Shown: positions 27,930-38,536 of the stretch, in pieces | Layout of the letters: each line of letters starts with the position of its first letter | Position numbering within the stretch: position 1 is the first letter of the stretch | IMG/VR virus record: IMGVR_UViG_3300043219_000190 | Span: 1 to 53,301 of that record | Source of the DNA: a virus | Lineage: Duplodnaviria; Caudoviricetes | Length of the DNA: 53,301 bases | Direction: 5' to 3' (one strand) | Position numbers and translations under genes: made by a program | The notes under the pieces: generated by a model | The model's database searches: none | What the model was told of the DNA's origin: nothing | The model's input: only the letters and a program-made list of their open reading frames with translations

Positions 27930-29247
27930 AATAAACCACCTCTCTCCCTTTATCCACCATAAAAATATTATCTCCATAGATCCCATTGGTATCTTTAAAA
28001 AAGTCTAATGTTGCAAGTTCTACGGAATTATATAATTTTGCACACCAACCAATTATAGATAATGTCTCTTCTGCGATAAAAACAACTTCCCTTGCACTAT
28101 TGAAAATTCTTTCATTTAGGTTTTTAACGGTATTACTCACGATTGTTTTATTTAGTATTGAATAATCAAAGTATTGTGTAAAAAATGTTGATGCACCAAA
28201 TATTGATGCTCGGTCGCCTAGTATTTCAGTAGTGTTTAATGCAGAACTTAAAACCGCTTGGATGGTCTCGATTATTTGTGGTCTGGATAAATAACCGCCT
28301 GTAACCTCTGTTTCACCCGATTGTATTTCTGATATTGTGATTGACTCTGTTGATACGGCACTGTAATTTATTGCGGAAATTCCAGCTAATGAAGATAAAC
28401 CGGCAACGCTTAAAATATTTTTACCTGAAGGCGAACCGCTTTTAAATTCGTTCTCGTCTGTTTCTGAGAATCCCAAAACATCATTAACATATTCTTGATA
28501 TGCGGATAATCTTAAAGTAGCTTGGTCTACTGCTAACATTGGTAACTGGATTAAATTCTGCATTTGCCGTGCAAGATCAAATGGCGCTCGTGCTAATGTG
28601 TCAATATCATCTAATATATTTCCAGCGGTTGTACTAAATAATATTGCAACTTCATCTACAGCACCAGCAATTGACGATAATCTTTCGGTCGCAGTATTAA
28701 CAGCAGATACAGCACTATTAACTAAACTTGCAAATCCTGCCCCTGTGGACAAATCAACACTATTTGCAAAGTCATTAGCCTGTTCTATATTTAATTCATC
28801 GATTGCTGAAGCCGTCGCACTTGCGGAACTGGATAACGGGTCACCACCCAATAGGTTAGGTATATCTTTTAAAAATGTTACAGTAATTTTAGCAATACCA
28901 GATTTTTTAGTAGTATTCTGTCCATAATTAATAGATGATATTACCACAGGAAAAGTTCCTAAACTTGGATCTGGATGTTCTAATTCACCAACACTATCCT
29001 CTGTCTTTTTCTCATTAAATGCATCCCGAATTTCTTTTAAAAAATCTTGATTATCAATTAATAATACAAATGTATAATCACCAGTATTTAATGAATTATC
29101 TTGATGAAATATTCCATCCTGTCCAGCGAATTGGAACGACCCTAAATTATGTATTACTGAGTCGTTTAATTCGCCGTCGAAAGGGAATTCAAGTCTAGTG
29201 CCTGTTTCTGGTGATGTGTAGGCTAGGTTTCTGTAGTTTGTTATCAT
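27922..29247 (-). CDS. Mu gpN/gp43-like DNA circularisation (tube initiator) protein
   Basis: GELEHPDPSLG N-terminal motif, helical middle, LysM-like C-terminus (CAKLYN...NGI). Confidence 0.78.
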   Translation of the reverse strand: MITNYRNLAYTSPETGTRLEFPFDGELNDSVIHNLGSFQFAGQDGIFHQDNSLNTGDYTFVLLIDNQDFLKEIRDAFNEKKTEDSVGELEHPDPSLGTFPVVISSINYGQNTTKKSGIAKITVTFLKDIPNLLGGDPLSSSASATASAIDELNIEQANDFANSVDLSTGAGFASLVNSAVSAVNTATERLSSIAGAVDEVAILFSTTAGNILDDIDTLARAPFDLARQMQNLIQLPMLAVDQATLRLSAYQEYVNDVLGFSETDENEFKSGSPSGKNILSVAGLSSLAGISAINYSAVSTESITISEIQSGETEVTGGYLSRPQIIETIQAVLSSALNTTEILGDRASIFGASTFFTQYFDYSILNKTIVSNTVKNLNERIFNSAREVVFIAEETLSIIGWCAKLYNSVELATLDFFKDTNGIYGDNIFMVDKGREVVYYV

Positions 29248-29522
29248 GATAATTCCTTTATTTTAATTGGTTTAGCACAGTAAGGGCAAACTTTGAAGCT
29301 TTTATATTGATGTGGTTTTATAGCATTATCATGACCGCATGTTGTTTCTGCCACCCACTTGCTAAAGGGCTTCCATTCACATTCTTCTTTTTCCCATTCT
29401 GAACTTTTTAAAACTTCTGGTTCAGAACAAATCTCGACTTCACCTTTAAAACCTTTTTGATTTCTAACTAACTTATATTTAAAGCAATTAGGATATTTTA
29501 AGCAAAAATCTTTACAAGTCAT
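29244..29522 (-). CDS. Zn-ribbon hypothetical protein
   Basis: TTCGH...FKVCPYCAKPI. Confidence 0.6.
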   Translation of the reverse strand: MTCKDFCLKYPNCFKYKLVRNQKGFKGEVEICSEPEVLKSSEWEKEECEWKPFSKWVAETTCGHDNAIKPHQYKSFKVCPYCAKPIKIKELS

Positions 29523-29550
29523 ACACCCTCCACTTTTCTGTAATTTGTTA

Positions 29551-29946
29551 TCATGATAATAAATCCTTGTTTTCGTGTATGTTTCCGATTATTTCAATAT
29601 AGTTCCCATCAGATTCTAAACTTCCCAATAAGGCTTCATTTGGGGTGGCTTCTTTTGTAATAAAATAATGTGCCCCTCTTATGTATTTAACCACACCTTT
29701 ACATGTAGCCATTGGAGCGTACCACATATTAATAATATCCCCTTCGTAAATATCAACACCATTTTTATCTTTTAATCCAGTAAATTGTTCAATAGGATAT
29801 TCGCCATTTATACCATCTATAAAATAGGATGATTTTTTGACATAATCCCAATTGACATATTGACCGCTACACTCCTTTGAATCTACCTCTGATATATCTT
29901 TTGGTATTGATTTATCCCATATCCTAAATTTTAATTCTCTTTTCAT
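29551..29946 (-). CDS. YopX family protein
   Basis: RELKFRIWD, QFTGLKDKNGVDIYEGDI, EIIGNIHEN. Confidence 0.95.
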   Translation of the reverse strand: MKRELKFRIWDKSIPKDISEVDSKECSGQYVNWDYVKKSSYFIDGINGEYPIEQFTGLKDKNGVDIYEGDIINMWYAPMATCKGVVKYIRGAHYFITKEATPNEALLGSLESDGNYIEIIGNIHENKDLLS

Positions 29947-30221
29947 ACACCCTCCACACCATTCATTAATGCTTTAATCTTATCATACTTAGCAATCAAA
30001 CCCTCTAAGTTATCCACTTTTGACAGTTTTAATTCTAACTCTTTATTTTTATTATACATATCGATTAACACATAAATATATTTTGGTGGGGTAATTGCTC
30101 CCTCACGTGCTGAAATATAATTAGATAAAGTATTTCTCTTCACTCCAAATAATAAACCTGCTTCGGTCTGGTTAATGTTATTTTCTGCGATGAAATTTCT
30201 TATTGTTTGTTTATTGTTCAT
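29943..30221 (-). CDS. XRE-like HTH protein
   Basis: INQTEAGLLFGVKRNTLSNY. Confidence 0.75.
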   Translation of the reverse strand: MNNKQTIRNFIAENNINQTEAGLLFGVKRNTLSNYISAREGAITPPKYIYVLIDMYNKNKELELKLSKVDNLEGLIAKYDKIKALMNGVEGV

Positions 30222-30568
30222 TTTTTATTTGTCTCCTTTTCTGGTTTACCGTGATGATTAGCAATAATCACCTTACAACACTCTTTATCTATTTTACTAA
30301 AACAATGCTCTTTTAATACCCATCGTTTCTCGTGTGTTGGATTATTTACAGTCCAGACATATACAGGAGCATCATCAGGATAATTATCACCTGTTCTTTT
30401 TTCCCATTCTGAAACAGTTTCATGTTTAGGGATATCGATAACCTGTAATAATTCTTGACAATCTCTTCTACCTAATTCAATAGAACTTATTAATTCGCTA
30501 TCTGCAACATTGTGTAACATTTCAGAATATTTCTCTCTTAACTTCTCAATCACCGCCATCTCCCTCAA
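30218..30568 (-). CDS. Hypothetical protein
   Basis: ORF in early operon. Confidence 0.55.
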   Translation of the reverse strand: MREMAVIEKLREKYSEMLHNVADSELISSIELGRRDCQELLQVIDIPKHETVSEWEKRTGDNYPDDAPVYVWTVNNPTHEKRWVLKEHCFSKIDKECCKVIIANHHGKPEKETNKK

Positions 30569-30667
30569 CTTCTAATATCTCCAAATCAATCTCAGCTAAT
30601 TTTAACATCTTTTTTGCAAGCTCAATTTTTGTTTCCTGTAACTCTTTTTTTAGTTCTTCAAGTTTTG

Positions 30668-31297
30668 TCATAATTTAATTATCCCTCTTTTTTGATACCC
30701 TGTATTAATCCACAATCCGACTCTAATTCTATCATTAAGCATATAAAAATCAGCCTTACAACAAGGACAATGTGCTTGTGTTATCCTAAAACCGCCATGT
30801 TTTTTATAGTCGTATGGTGGTTGTTTTAATGGTGGTTTTGATATTCCTAGTATTTTACGTTTAAAAGTATCGCTTTTATTTTCAATGTCTCTTAAATCTG
30901 TAGTTTTCATGAATTCATTTATTATATCAGGACATACTTTAATATTCCGTTTATCAGATTTATCCCATTTCCACGGTTCGCCCAATTTTTCAGATGTGAC
31001 TAAAAATTTCTGATAATGATTTATTTCATTTTTCCCAACATAACCGCAAGCTGGACATTTAATATTATCGTGTGGGTAGATCTCGTAACATAATGAGCAT
31101 AGTTTATTGCCTGTTTTATCTGGATCAATACGTTCTTTTTGCATTTTGTCGGAATCCTTTTTATTGGCGGATATAACAACCTTTCTCCAGTTACTAAAAT
31201 GTCGATCGCAACCGTCGCATAATTTACCGTTACAGGTTGAGCAATCCTCTATAAAAGTAAAGTTTTTTAGGAATGTTTTAATTTTGGTTAGGATCAT
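30668..31297 (-). CDS. Cys-rich multi-Zn-finger hypothetical protein
   Basis: Several CxxC pairs; ATGA coupling at 31294-97. Confidence 0.6.
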   Translation of the reverse strand: MILTKIKTFLKNFTFIEDCSTCNGKLCDGCDRHFSNWRKVVISANKKDSDKMQKERIDPDKTGNKLCSLCYEIYPHDNIKCPACGYVGKNEINHYQKFLVTSEKLGEPWKWDKSDKRNIKVCPDIINEFMKTTDLRDIENKSDTFKRKILGISKPPLKQPPYDYKKHGGFRITQAHCPCCKADFYMLNDRIRVGLWINTGYQKRGIIKL

Positions 31298-31506
31298 GAA
31301 ATGCACCCCATAAAACATTTTAAAGTTTTAACATGTTCGTGAATTGAAAATCTTAAACTAGCTTTAGACACCAAATATCCATCTTTGTTTTTTATTCTTT
31401 TCAACGTCTTACAACAATATTGACACTGTATTATTGTCTTTAAAAAGTCATTCCAAAAATTATCATTATACTTTTTTGCATTTTCTTCTACTTCTTTATA
31501 ATCCAT
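31294..31506 (-). CDS. Hypothetical Zn-binding protein
   Basis: GAGGAG SD; CQYCC. Confidence 0.55.
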   Translation of the reverse strand: MDYKEVEENAKKYNDNFWNDFLKTIIQCQYCCKTLKRIKNKDGYLVSKASLRFSIHEHVKTLKCFMGCIS

Positions 31507-31532
31507 AACTACGCTCCTCAACGTTCAAATAT

Positions 31533-31567
31533 ACTTATACAATACCATAACAATAACTTAATGTCTA
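31533..31567 (-). promoter_or_regulatory. TAGACA-class promoter (leftward half of module)
   Basis: TAGACA (31562-67), 17 bp, TGG-TATTGT; abuts the stop of the hub gene. Confidence 0.75.
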
Positions 31568-32851
31568 CTAAATAACACTATCGGCAGGGATTAAGCTTAA
31601 AATTGCGGTCTTTTTTTCTGTATTCGGCCTATTAAATTTAATTACTGATATCATCATAAGTTTAGGTTTTGCACCTGTTAGGGGGAACTGTAGTGTTATA
31701 TAATCACCTGTAGACCACTTTTTGCCAGTTATAGGGTTTAACCATGATGGGAATGGGATTTGATTATTATAGAAATTTTTAATCGATTTCTGTTCTTCCC
31801 ATTCTGTAACTGATTTAATATTGGATCCCGTTGCATCTTGGTAATCTGTTATTTTTACAGTTTGTTGTAATAATGTTTTAGATTGTACAACACTTTCAAT
31901 ATTTGCATCGTCTGGTGTTGTAGTTTTCCCGATATATTGACCGAAAAGGTTTTTAGTATCGAATGTAAAAGTTAATGATTCTATTCCTAGGAAAGTTACA
32001 AATTCAGAATCTACAATAAAATCCGCAACTGGATCTTTTAATACTGGTTTTATTATTAATAGTTTTCCTGTACCTGTTTTATCTACTATTAAATTATGTT
32101 CCCTTGCAATTCTGGATAAAAATAGGAATGGTTTTTCAGCATCTTCAATTGAGACTTTAGAGAATATTTGACTTGCTCCTGCAATTGCAGCTTCTTCTAT
32201 TTCAAAATCTACAGAATAGGCACGGCAGATAATACCAGTTAAATCTTCTAAGGACTGTTTTAAATATTCTCGTTCAATTGCTGGTAGTATATCGGATTTT
32301 TCAAGCGGAAACGTTGCAGAACGACCGCCTAGGGATTGTATGTTACTGGATGGGGTAATTGTGTTACTTGGTGTTTCAATCTCTCCAGTTAATGCTGGAT
32401 CTTTACCTATATGAATTCTAATTTTTGGTAGACCTTTAGTTTTAAAATCATCGATATTAATATTATATGCTGGATTTTTTAGGTCTTTAGAATATGGATA
32501 GGATAAAACATAATTATCTGAGCAAGTGCCGAAATATTGGGTTAATTCGAACTCATGGGGTAATGGGCATTTTTTATCATCTATAAAGATATTGAGTTCA
32601 TCTTCAGAGTCAACTTTTAAGACCTGTGCTTTTTTAAGATCATCCACCGCTGAGGAAACAATATTTAAAATGTCTCCTGGATAAATCAAATCATAATCAC
32701 CGCCGATTAGAGCCCGACTTCTTTTAATCCGATCTGGCGTGAAAACTTGCGGATTAGCGTCCACAATTTGCTGGACTGATAGATTGTTGTTTAATGCGAT
32801 TGCCGATACTGTGTCGCCGTCTTTTACGGTGTGTTGGGTTTTAATTGGCAT
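31568..32851 (-). CDS. Baseplate hub (Mu gpP/gp44-like) with N-terminal LysM
   Basis: HTVKDGDTVSAIA...ANP...LIYPGDIL LysM; GGRS, EKPF.FLSRIARE, G.LLI, SWLNP.TGKKW motifs. Confidence 0.8.
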   Translation of the reverse strand: MPIKTQHTVKDGDTVSAIALNNNLSVQQIVDANPQVFTPDRIKRSRALIGGDYDLIYPGDILNIVSSAVDDLKKAQVLKVDSEDELNIFIDDKKCPLPHEFELTQYFGTCSDNYVLSYPYSKDLKNPAYNINIDDFKTKGLPKIRIHIGKDPALTGEIETPSNTITPSSNIQSLGGRSATFPLEKSDILPAIEREYLKQSLEDLTGIICRAYSVDFEIEEAAIAGASQIFSKVSIEDAEKPFLFLSRIAREHNLIVDKTGTGKLLIIKPVLKDPVADFIVDSEFVTFLGIESLTFTFDTKNLFGQYIGKTTTPDDANIESVVQSKTLLQQTVKITDYQDATGSNIKSVTEWEEQKSIKNFYNNQIPFPSWLNPITGKKWSTGDYITLQFPLTGAKPKLMMISVIKFNRPNTEKKTAILSLIPADSVI

Positions 32852-33221
32852 TGGTGGGGTTCTCCTTTATTTGATCTAATATGTATTTAATGGCTTGGGT
32901 TTTTGCTTGGTCTGTATCGTGTGTTCCTATAAAATAAAAGTCTTTGATATCATCTAAAACATTGTGAAATATCTCAAGACCACCCCTGTTTTGTCTTATC
33001 ATAAACATACCATCTTTTCTATTTATCCCTTCAATAACTCTTTGTAGAAATAGTGGGTATACAGTCAAATCTTCAATAAAATCTTTATAGTAGGATCTCG
33101 ATTTACTAGGACAGACAATTAAAAAACCATTCTCCCAAACCTTATGATAAAGAATTTCAAACCCATCCACAAACTCACACGCTTTCTTAATATCTTCAAT
33201 TGTTAATTTAATTTCTTCCAT
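32841..33221 (-). CDS. Hypothetical protein
   Basis: GGAGAGG SD. Confidence 0.6.
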   Translation of the reverse strand: MEEIKLTIEDIKKACEFVDGFEILYHKVWENGFLIVCPSKSRSYYKDFIEDLTVYPLFLQRVIEGINRKDGMFMIRQNRGGLEIFHNVLDDIKDFYFIGTHDTDQAKTQAIKYILDQIKENPTNAN

Positions 33222-33311
33222 CTTCCTCTCCTAAATAAACGGTGTCAACATCATCTACAAAACTAATTATAGTAACACCTATTATTATATGTACTATTAT
33301 TATCCATATTA

Positions 33312-33494
33312 TCATATTATATCCCGACTTGCTAAATAATCTAAATAATCATCACCACAAGAATTTTCATAAACAACCTTTTCTTTTTTAGGTTTTATTT
33401 TTATTGGATGTTGCCCGATATATCCGCAATCATTACATTTGTAAAAATTCTTAGATAATCCATATATTTTAGTGTTTTTGTGTTTACAGTTCAT
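33312..33494 (-). CDS. Small Zn-ribbon protein
   Basis: CKH...CNDCG; AAGGAG SD. Confidence 0.55.
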   Translation of the reverse strand: MNCKHKNTKIYGLSKNFYKCNDCGYIGQHPIKIKPKKEKVVYENSCGDDYLDYLASRDII

Positions 33495-33497
33495 AGT

Positions 33498-33989
33498 TTA
33501 GCTCCTTTTTAACCATTTCGGTCTATTACCCTTAACATTAAAATCAGATTTACAGCCACGATCTAATAGACACATAGCTGATTCTGGTTCTATATCCATG
33601 GCGTTAAATAATAATGTCTCTGGTTCGATCTCGTCAAATATTTCAAACTTAATTGTTCTCTCTGGTAATTTTAAGAGACCGTTTGTTATTTTAAACTGTT
33701 CTTTTTCAAAAACTTTAGTTATAGATCTAATAGTTCCTGATGATACATAAAGAATTGTAGGAGTCTTTTTTACAGCTCCAATTATATTTTCAAATGCAGT
33801 AATTGCACCTTCTGGGTTATCTTGCCATAATAGTTGTGGTGGTTTTATCCTTGATTCTTCCACTCTTTCTAATGTATATCCGAGCTGAGTAGCACGAGCT
33901 ATTACATTATCAATCGGGCTTTCAGTAGCTCCACATGCAGAATGTTTTGTAATTGTAATTGTTATTTTTTTTATTGATCCGTGTAACAT
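33498..33989 (-). CDS. Hypothetical protein
   Basis: AAGGGG SD. Confidence 0.55.
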   Translation of the reverse strand: MLHGSIKKITITITKHSACGATESPIDNVIARATQLGYTLERVEESRIKPPQLLWQDNPEGAITAFENIIGAVKKTPTILYVSSGTIRSITKVFEKEQFKITNGLLKLPERTIKFEIFDEIEPETLLFNAMDIEPESAMCLLDRGCKSDFNVKGNRPKWLKRS

Positions 33990-34008
33990 AAATTCCCCTT
34001 TATAAAGT

Positions 34009-34032
34009 AAAATAGCCCCGTTAAGGGGGCTT
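34009..34032 (-). terminator. Hairpin terminator
   Basis: AGCCCC-cttaac-GGGGCT followed by ATTTT on minus strand. Confidence 0.6.
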
Positions 34033-34039
34033 GATTTGG

Positions 34040-34204
34040 TTATTCTTTTATCATTGCCTGTACATAAATAACTTGTTTATTCACAGCTGAAAGACCAATA
34101 CCAACACTAATACCACCATGAGGTTTAAATCCTCTTTTTATTAAAGATAATACCCTTTCGGTAACCTTTGTTGAGTCCGAGTGTTTTACGATTATATATT
34201 CCAT
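34040..34204 (-). CDS. DUF1737-like 54-aa protein, not in ORF track
   Basis: MEYIIV...V..LIKRGFKPHGGIS...YVQAMIKE; AAGGAG SD; own promoter and terminator. Confidence 0.7.
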   Translation of the reverse strand: MEYIIVKHSDSTKVTERVLSLIKRGFKPHGGISVGIGLSAVNKQVIYVQAMIKE

Positions 34205-34230
34205 AATGTAGCTCCTTACTGCCTTTAATG

Positions 34231-34268
34231 TATCTACAGAATACCACCAATATTAACTAATGTATATA
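34231..34268 (-). promoter_or_regulatory. TAGACA-class promoter variant
   Basis: Three mismatches over 38 bp to 19401-19438. Confidence 0.75.
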
Positions 34269-34270
34269 GT

Positions 34271-35854
34271 TTAACTACATTTAATCTGCTTTTTTGCGAA
34301 ATGTGTCCATGAACTTTTAAAATCCATACTTCTTTGAATTCTGAATAATAAAGTTACATCTATTATATTTGTGTTTTGGCGTAACTTGTAATAAATCCAA
34401 AATGGTAAATTCCTTTTAGTCGTCAACGTCCTCCCAATCTCTTTTAATGCTTCAATGTCATTGTCAACTATCGCTTTACTGATTGTTTTATTGACTGCGG
34501 TTTTATCCTCTTCTGATCGGTCTTTTAGTGGGACTGGTGCGGTTAATTCGACAAGTTCGCCGTCCATGTTTTTAATCATTTTAACTTTTTTCTTTGGTTT
34601 TAATTTATCTGCTCCACATTCCTCGCACTGGACTTTCCCTATTGGGATTAAAGCATAACACAGTGGGCAAACGTGTTCCTCTCCTGTACCGACTGGTTTT
34701 TTGTTAAACTTGGTACTGTGAAAATTCCATTCTATATCGTAATAAATATTGTATTCTGGGAAGCACCTAAAATTCCCAACAAGATCTAAATAAACAGCGT
34801 AATCTTTACCTTCTGCCATTCGTGTGAATCTACCTGTTTTCTGTCTCTGTAGACTCCTTGACGGTGTTGGTTGGATATCTACACCCATTCTCAAATCTAC
34901 AATATCAACACCTTTTTGAACCATTTTACAAGTGATTAAAACCTGTGTCTTTTTTGTATTGAAGTTTTTCATAACTTTTCTACGCTGTTTTGGTGTTAAT
35001 GTTCCCTCTAAAACTTCTGCAGTATATCCGTGAGAATGTAAAATTGTTTCCATTTCATAACAGGCAGATACATTTCTACAGAAAAATAAAATATAATCCT
35101 GTATTTCTGGGAATTTCTGCATTTCTGTTATTGCGTTCCCGAAAGTTCCACGGTCTTTTAATAATTTTTCAATTTCTTTATCTTTAAAATCTCCACCTGC
35201 AATATGTAGATCCTCAACACCTTTTAATGGGATACTGAAATATCTAATTAATGATAAATGTCTAATTTTATCTGTACCGCCTAAACCATTATCCTCTTCT
35301 ACCCCATCGGTTAAATCCCACATTGTAACAGGTGATTTTAACATTACATCATAGATCCCATTACCTGACTCTCTGGATAATCCTTTTCCATTTGTTTGTT
35401 CACATGATGCGGAAACACCTAATATCTTTGTGGTTGGGTGTGCTTCAAATAAGTCCATATATCTTGGTGCTGTGGTAATGTGTGCTTCATCTGCAACAAA
35501 AAAAGCTGGTTCCCTTTTTGGTGGGTGTTTAGATAAAGTCTGTACAGTACAAACATGAATTTGTACGTCTCGACCTTCTTTATATCCTGCCCCTATAATA
35601 TCATGGCTAATATTTGTTACTGCTAAATGGTCGCTAAACTGGTCGAGCAGGAAAATTTCATCCACTAAAAAATATAAATGCCTATCCGTATTCCATTTCC
35701 TATTAAACTTTAAAAAAGAATCTACAATATCGGCAAGTATTACACTTTTACCTGCTCCTGTTGGTGCTTCAGCTAAAACCGCCCTGTTAGTTCTAAATGC
35801 TTCTCTTATGTTATCAAATATAGTTTGTTGGTATGGTCTTAGTTTGTATTTCAT
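34271..35854 (-). CDS. SF2 DEAH helicase with C-terminal Zn ribbon
   Basis: LRPYQ, APTGAGKS, DEAH, SAS, GVD, QKTGRFTR, CPLC...CEECG. Confidence 0.93.
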   Translation of the reverse strand: MKYKLRPYQQTIFDNIREAFRTNRAVLAEAPTGAGKSVILADIVDSFLKFNRKWNTDRHLYFLVDEIFLLDQFSDHLAVTNISHDIIGAGYKEGRDVQIHVCTVQTLSKHPPKREPAFFVADEAHITTAPRYMDLFEAHPTTKILGVSASCEQTNGKGLSRESGNGIYDVMLKSPVTMWDLTDGVEEDNGLGGTDKIRHLSLIRYFSIPLKGVEDLHIAGGDFKDKEIEKLLKDRGTFGNAITEMQKFPEIQDYILFFCRNVSACYEMETILHSHGYTAEVLEGTLTPKQRRKVMKNFNTKKTQVLITCKMVQKGVDIVDLRMGVDIQPTPSRSLQRQKTGRFTRMAEGKDYAVYLDLVGNFRCFPEYNIYYDIEWNFHSTKFNKKPVGTGEEHVCPLCYALIPIGKVQCEECGADKLKPKKKVKMIKNMDGELVELTAPVPLKDRSEEDKTAVNKTISKAIVDNDIEALKEIGRTLTTKRNLPFWIYYKLRQNTNIIDVTLLFRIQRSMDFKSSWTHFAKKQIKCS

Positions 35855-35857
35855 ACC

Positions 35858-36424
35858 CTACATTTCCCCTCTTAAATCTAAATCATCAAACCAAGTTAAA
35901 CCAGTTTTAGTATTATTTTCTGAATCCCAGATGAACCAGCAATACATAGTATTACCACCACGTTTATTTTTGGATAGATCAAATTTAGGACTCATTTTAA
36001 TAATACCGACATATTCTGGTACATCCTGCCACTCTTTTTGTATACATAAATAATTCGATGCAACATGTGGAATTAGTGCGAAAACATATCTGGCTTGTTT
36101 CCGTGCCTTTTTTACAAACTTATATTTATTTGAATATGGTGGATTGAAAGTTATTACATCATAATTATTTTTATGTAATAAAAAATTCCCTCTTTTCTTT
36201 CCAAAATATCTATCAAAATAAGTTATATTATAAAAGACGTTTTTAAGACCTTTCCAGATTCTGCCATTTTCACCGCTACATGGATCCAATACTTTTAAAT
36301 GTTTATATTCTGGGATATTTTCTTTTATCCAGTCTGCTAAAGCATCGATCATAAAAGGGTGTGTTTCTACGTGATCTATGGTTTTTTCTAGTGGTGTTTT
36401 TTTAGTTCTGATTAGTGATTTCAT
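35858..36424 (-). CDS. DNA adenine (amino) methyltransferase
   Basis: ETHP, LDPCSGENG, NPPYS, YCWFIW. Confidence 0.85.
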   Translation of the reverse strand: MKSLIRTKKTPLEKTIDHVETHPFMIDALADWIKENIPEYKHLKVLDPCSGENGRIWKGLKNVFYNITYFDRYFGKKRGNFLLHKNNYDVITFNPPYSNKYKFVKKARKQARYVFALIPHVASNYLCIQKEWQDVPEYVGIIKMSPKFDLSKNKRGGNTMYCWFIWDSENNTKTGLTWFDDLDLRGEM

Positions 36425-36564
36425 GTTGTGTACCCATCTTTTAAATTATTGAGCTGAGTACGCATTTTTTTATATTGAGTCATGTATAAACCGTTTAATC
36501 CATGGGTTTTCATAAACTTTGAAATTCTCTCTTCTAATCGTTCTATTTTTATTTCTGTTGCCAT

Positions 36565-37131
36565 CTACCCCTCCAACCCAAAACCAACACCGCCACATTC
36601 TGGGCAATCTTTAACAGGAATCCATTCTACAATGACACCTTTTTTATAGATCGGCTCCCAATTATCCCAGCAAGTAGAACATTCTCTAGCTAAGTAATGA
36701 ATCCCATTTATTGATTTTAACCAGTTTCTAAAGTTTTTCTGGTTTGGTTTTAATTTTGCATTTCCTGTTTTGCACTCTATTCCTGTTAGGATAGGGATAT
36801 GTTTTGTATTTACTGGACATTCTTTACAGTTATGATTAAATAAACACTTTCCGTTATCATCTCTTAAATACCAACAGAGAGAATAATAATTTTCCCCCAA
36901 TAAATCAGTACCGCCACTACCCTCTTTTTTAGATGGAATACCAGCATTTAGAGGTCTATAATTTTGTAGTGTTACTGTTCCGTTTTTAAACTCTGGATCA
37001 TTTCCAGCCCAACCGATTCCAGATGTATTATTAAATAATTTAGATCCTGGATTGTCTTTTTGATATGTTCTGCGGACTAATTTTACTAATCTGGCGTGTC
37101 GGATGTGTGGGGTTAGTTTTGGTTTTTTCAT
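36565..37131 (-). CDS. VRR-NUC-like PD-(D/E)XK nuclease with Cys-rich inserts
   Basis: LFNNTSG, GGTDLLG, GIECKT...KLKPNQKNF..W....GI. Confidence 0.8.
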   Translation of the reverse strand: MKKPKLTPHIRHARLVKLVRRTYQKDNPGSKLFNNTSGIGWAGNDPEFKNGTVTLQNYRPLNAGIPSKKEGSGGTDLLGENYYSLCWYLRDDNGKCLFNHNCKECPVNTKHIPILTGIECKTGNAKLKPNQKNFRNWLKSINGIHYLARECSTCWDNWEPIYKKGVIVEWIPVKDCPECGGVGFGLEG

Positions 37132-37441
37132 TTATATCTTTCTCCCTATTTTTAATTCAAGAATACCGTCTCTTTCGTCCCATTCCGCCGAAATAAGCCC
37201 AAAACGTCCTTTTATTAATTTAGAGGATAATTCAACCTCAAAATATTTTTGTATCTCTGTTTTATATCGCAATGTCTCGCAAAATTTTAAAATATCATCT
37301 GTAACATGCATATAAAAAGTTGATGTTGTTTCTAAATTAAAACTGATGCTATTATCAAATCCATAAATGGGTTTGATTTCTCTTTCATCTATTTCTACTG
37401 TAAATTGTCCATGTAACATGTTTTCTCTCCCAAGGGGCATT
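37132..37441 (-). CDS. Hypothetical protein (start uncertain)
   Basis: ORF in early operon. Confidence 0.5.
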
Positions 37442-37455
37442 ACACCCCATAACAA

Positions 37456-38382
37456 TTAAAATAATGCTTTAATATCGTTCTCTTTACCGATAACAGTTTT
37501 TTTATTATTTTTCAGTTCATCTTTTAATGTTTCTGTACCTGATTTCTGTTCAATAACTTCCTCGTTATTATTATAGAATTCCTGTTCAACGTCTGCAGCG
37601 TCGTCGTGATCTTCTAAAATATGGGAATTATCAATCAATTGGTTTTGTTTTATCATATCTACGGAACCGCCCAACCGTAGTTGTTTTTGTGTTGCTGCTT
37701 CTAACTGTAGCTTTGTTGTATCTCCAGCATATACAATATTAACAACTTTTACTTTGCCGTGTTTCTCGGTCTGTTTTTCGATTAGTTCCATTTTTAACGG
37801 GATTCCAAATAATACACCACCAGTAATTAGTTTAATTGTTTCTAATGATGATAAAATATTAATAATTGAGTTCCAAGAGTGAGTTCTAAACTTAGCTACC
37901 CCGCCGATTTTTGCAGACTGTGGAATCATGCAAGATAATATTCCAGATGGTTTACAGGCTTTACTTAATGCAAATTCACACGTTTCGGGATTACAGTCTA
38001 CATTATGGTAGATTGGAGGATCTAAGATTTTACCGTTATCATCTTTAGTTTTAATTCTGCTTGCTGTTTCACCATCTCCACGACATGCACAAGTTTTACC
38101 GGTATATAACTGGTATGCAGTCATGAAGTTTTTGTCGGGATCATCTGAGAGTAGCATTATATCAAGTGATTTTGGTTCTTTACCGACTTGGTCCATAATA
38201 ACCTTATCTATAATAAAATTATCGTTTTTATCTTTGTCTAATCCAGTTACTACAAAATGATTAAATTTAACAGGTAATCGGTATTTATTACCGCCCTGTC
38301 CTGTTTTCTCTTTTTCAGAATGTCCACCTATTTTAATTTTGTGGGTTTCTACTAATCTTCTGGTTAGGTTTTTAATTGCCAT
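37456..38382 (-). CDS. Gp3-like (recombination directionality factor-like) protein
   Basis: KIKIG, P.KFNHF, CRGDGE, C...C......CKP.G.L, F.THSWNS motifs. Confidence 0.8.
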   Translation of the reverse strand: MAIKNLTRRLVETHKIKIGGHSEKEKTGQGGNKYRLPVKFNHFVVTGLDKDKNDNFIIDKVIMDQVGKEPKSLDIMLLSDDPDKNFMTAYQLYTGKTCACRGDGETASRIKTKDDNGKILDPPIYHNVDCNPETCEFALSKACKPSGILSCMIPQSAKIGGVAKFRTHSWNSIINILSSLETIKLITGGVLFGIPLKMELIEKQTEKHGKVKVVNIVYAGDTTKLQLEAATQKQLRLGGSVDMIKQNQLIDNSHILEDHDDAADVEQEFYNNNEEVIEQKSGTETLKDELKNNKKTVIGKENDIKALF

Positions 38383-38536
38383 GACTATTTTACCTCTCTA
38401 TATTTAGAACAGGTATGCTCTCTTTTATTTTTTAAACAAAAAACAAAACCTCTAACTGTCGAATCAATACATCTAATACATTGACCGCCTAAATCTTTAC
38501 CGCTTTGGCAATTACCACATTTTTTATCTTTCATAA

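Noticed and set aside
12668-34268. Dispersed repeats as a CRISPR array or integron attC sites
   Set aside because: Spacing is kilobases and irregular, repeats are promoter-shaped, and no cas or integron integrase gene was seen
37456-38382. Evidence of integrative lysogeny from the RDF-like label
   Set aside because: No serine or tyrosine integrase recognised; family name alone is insufficient
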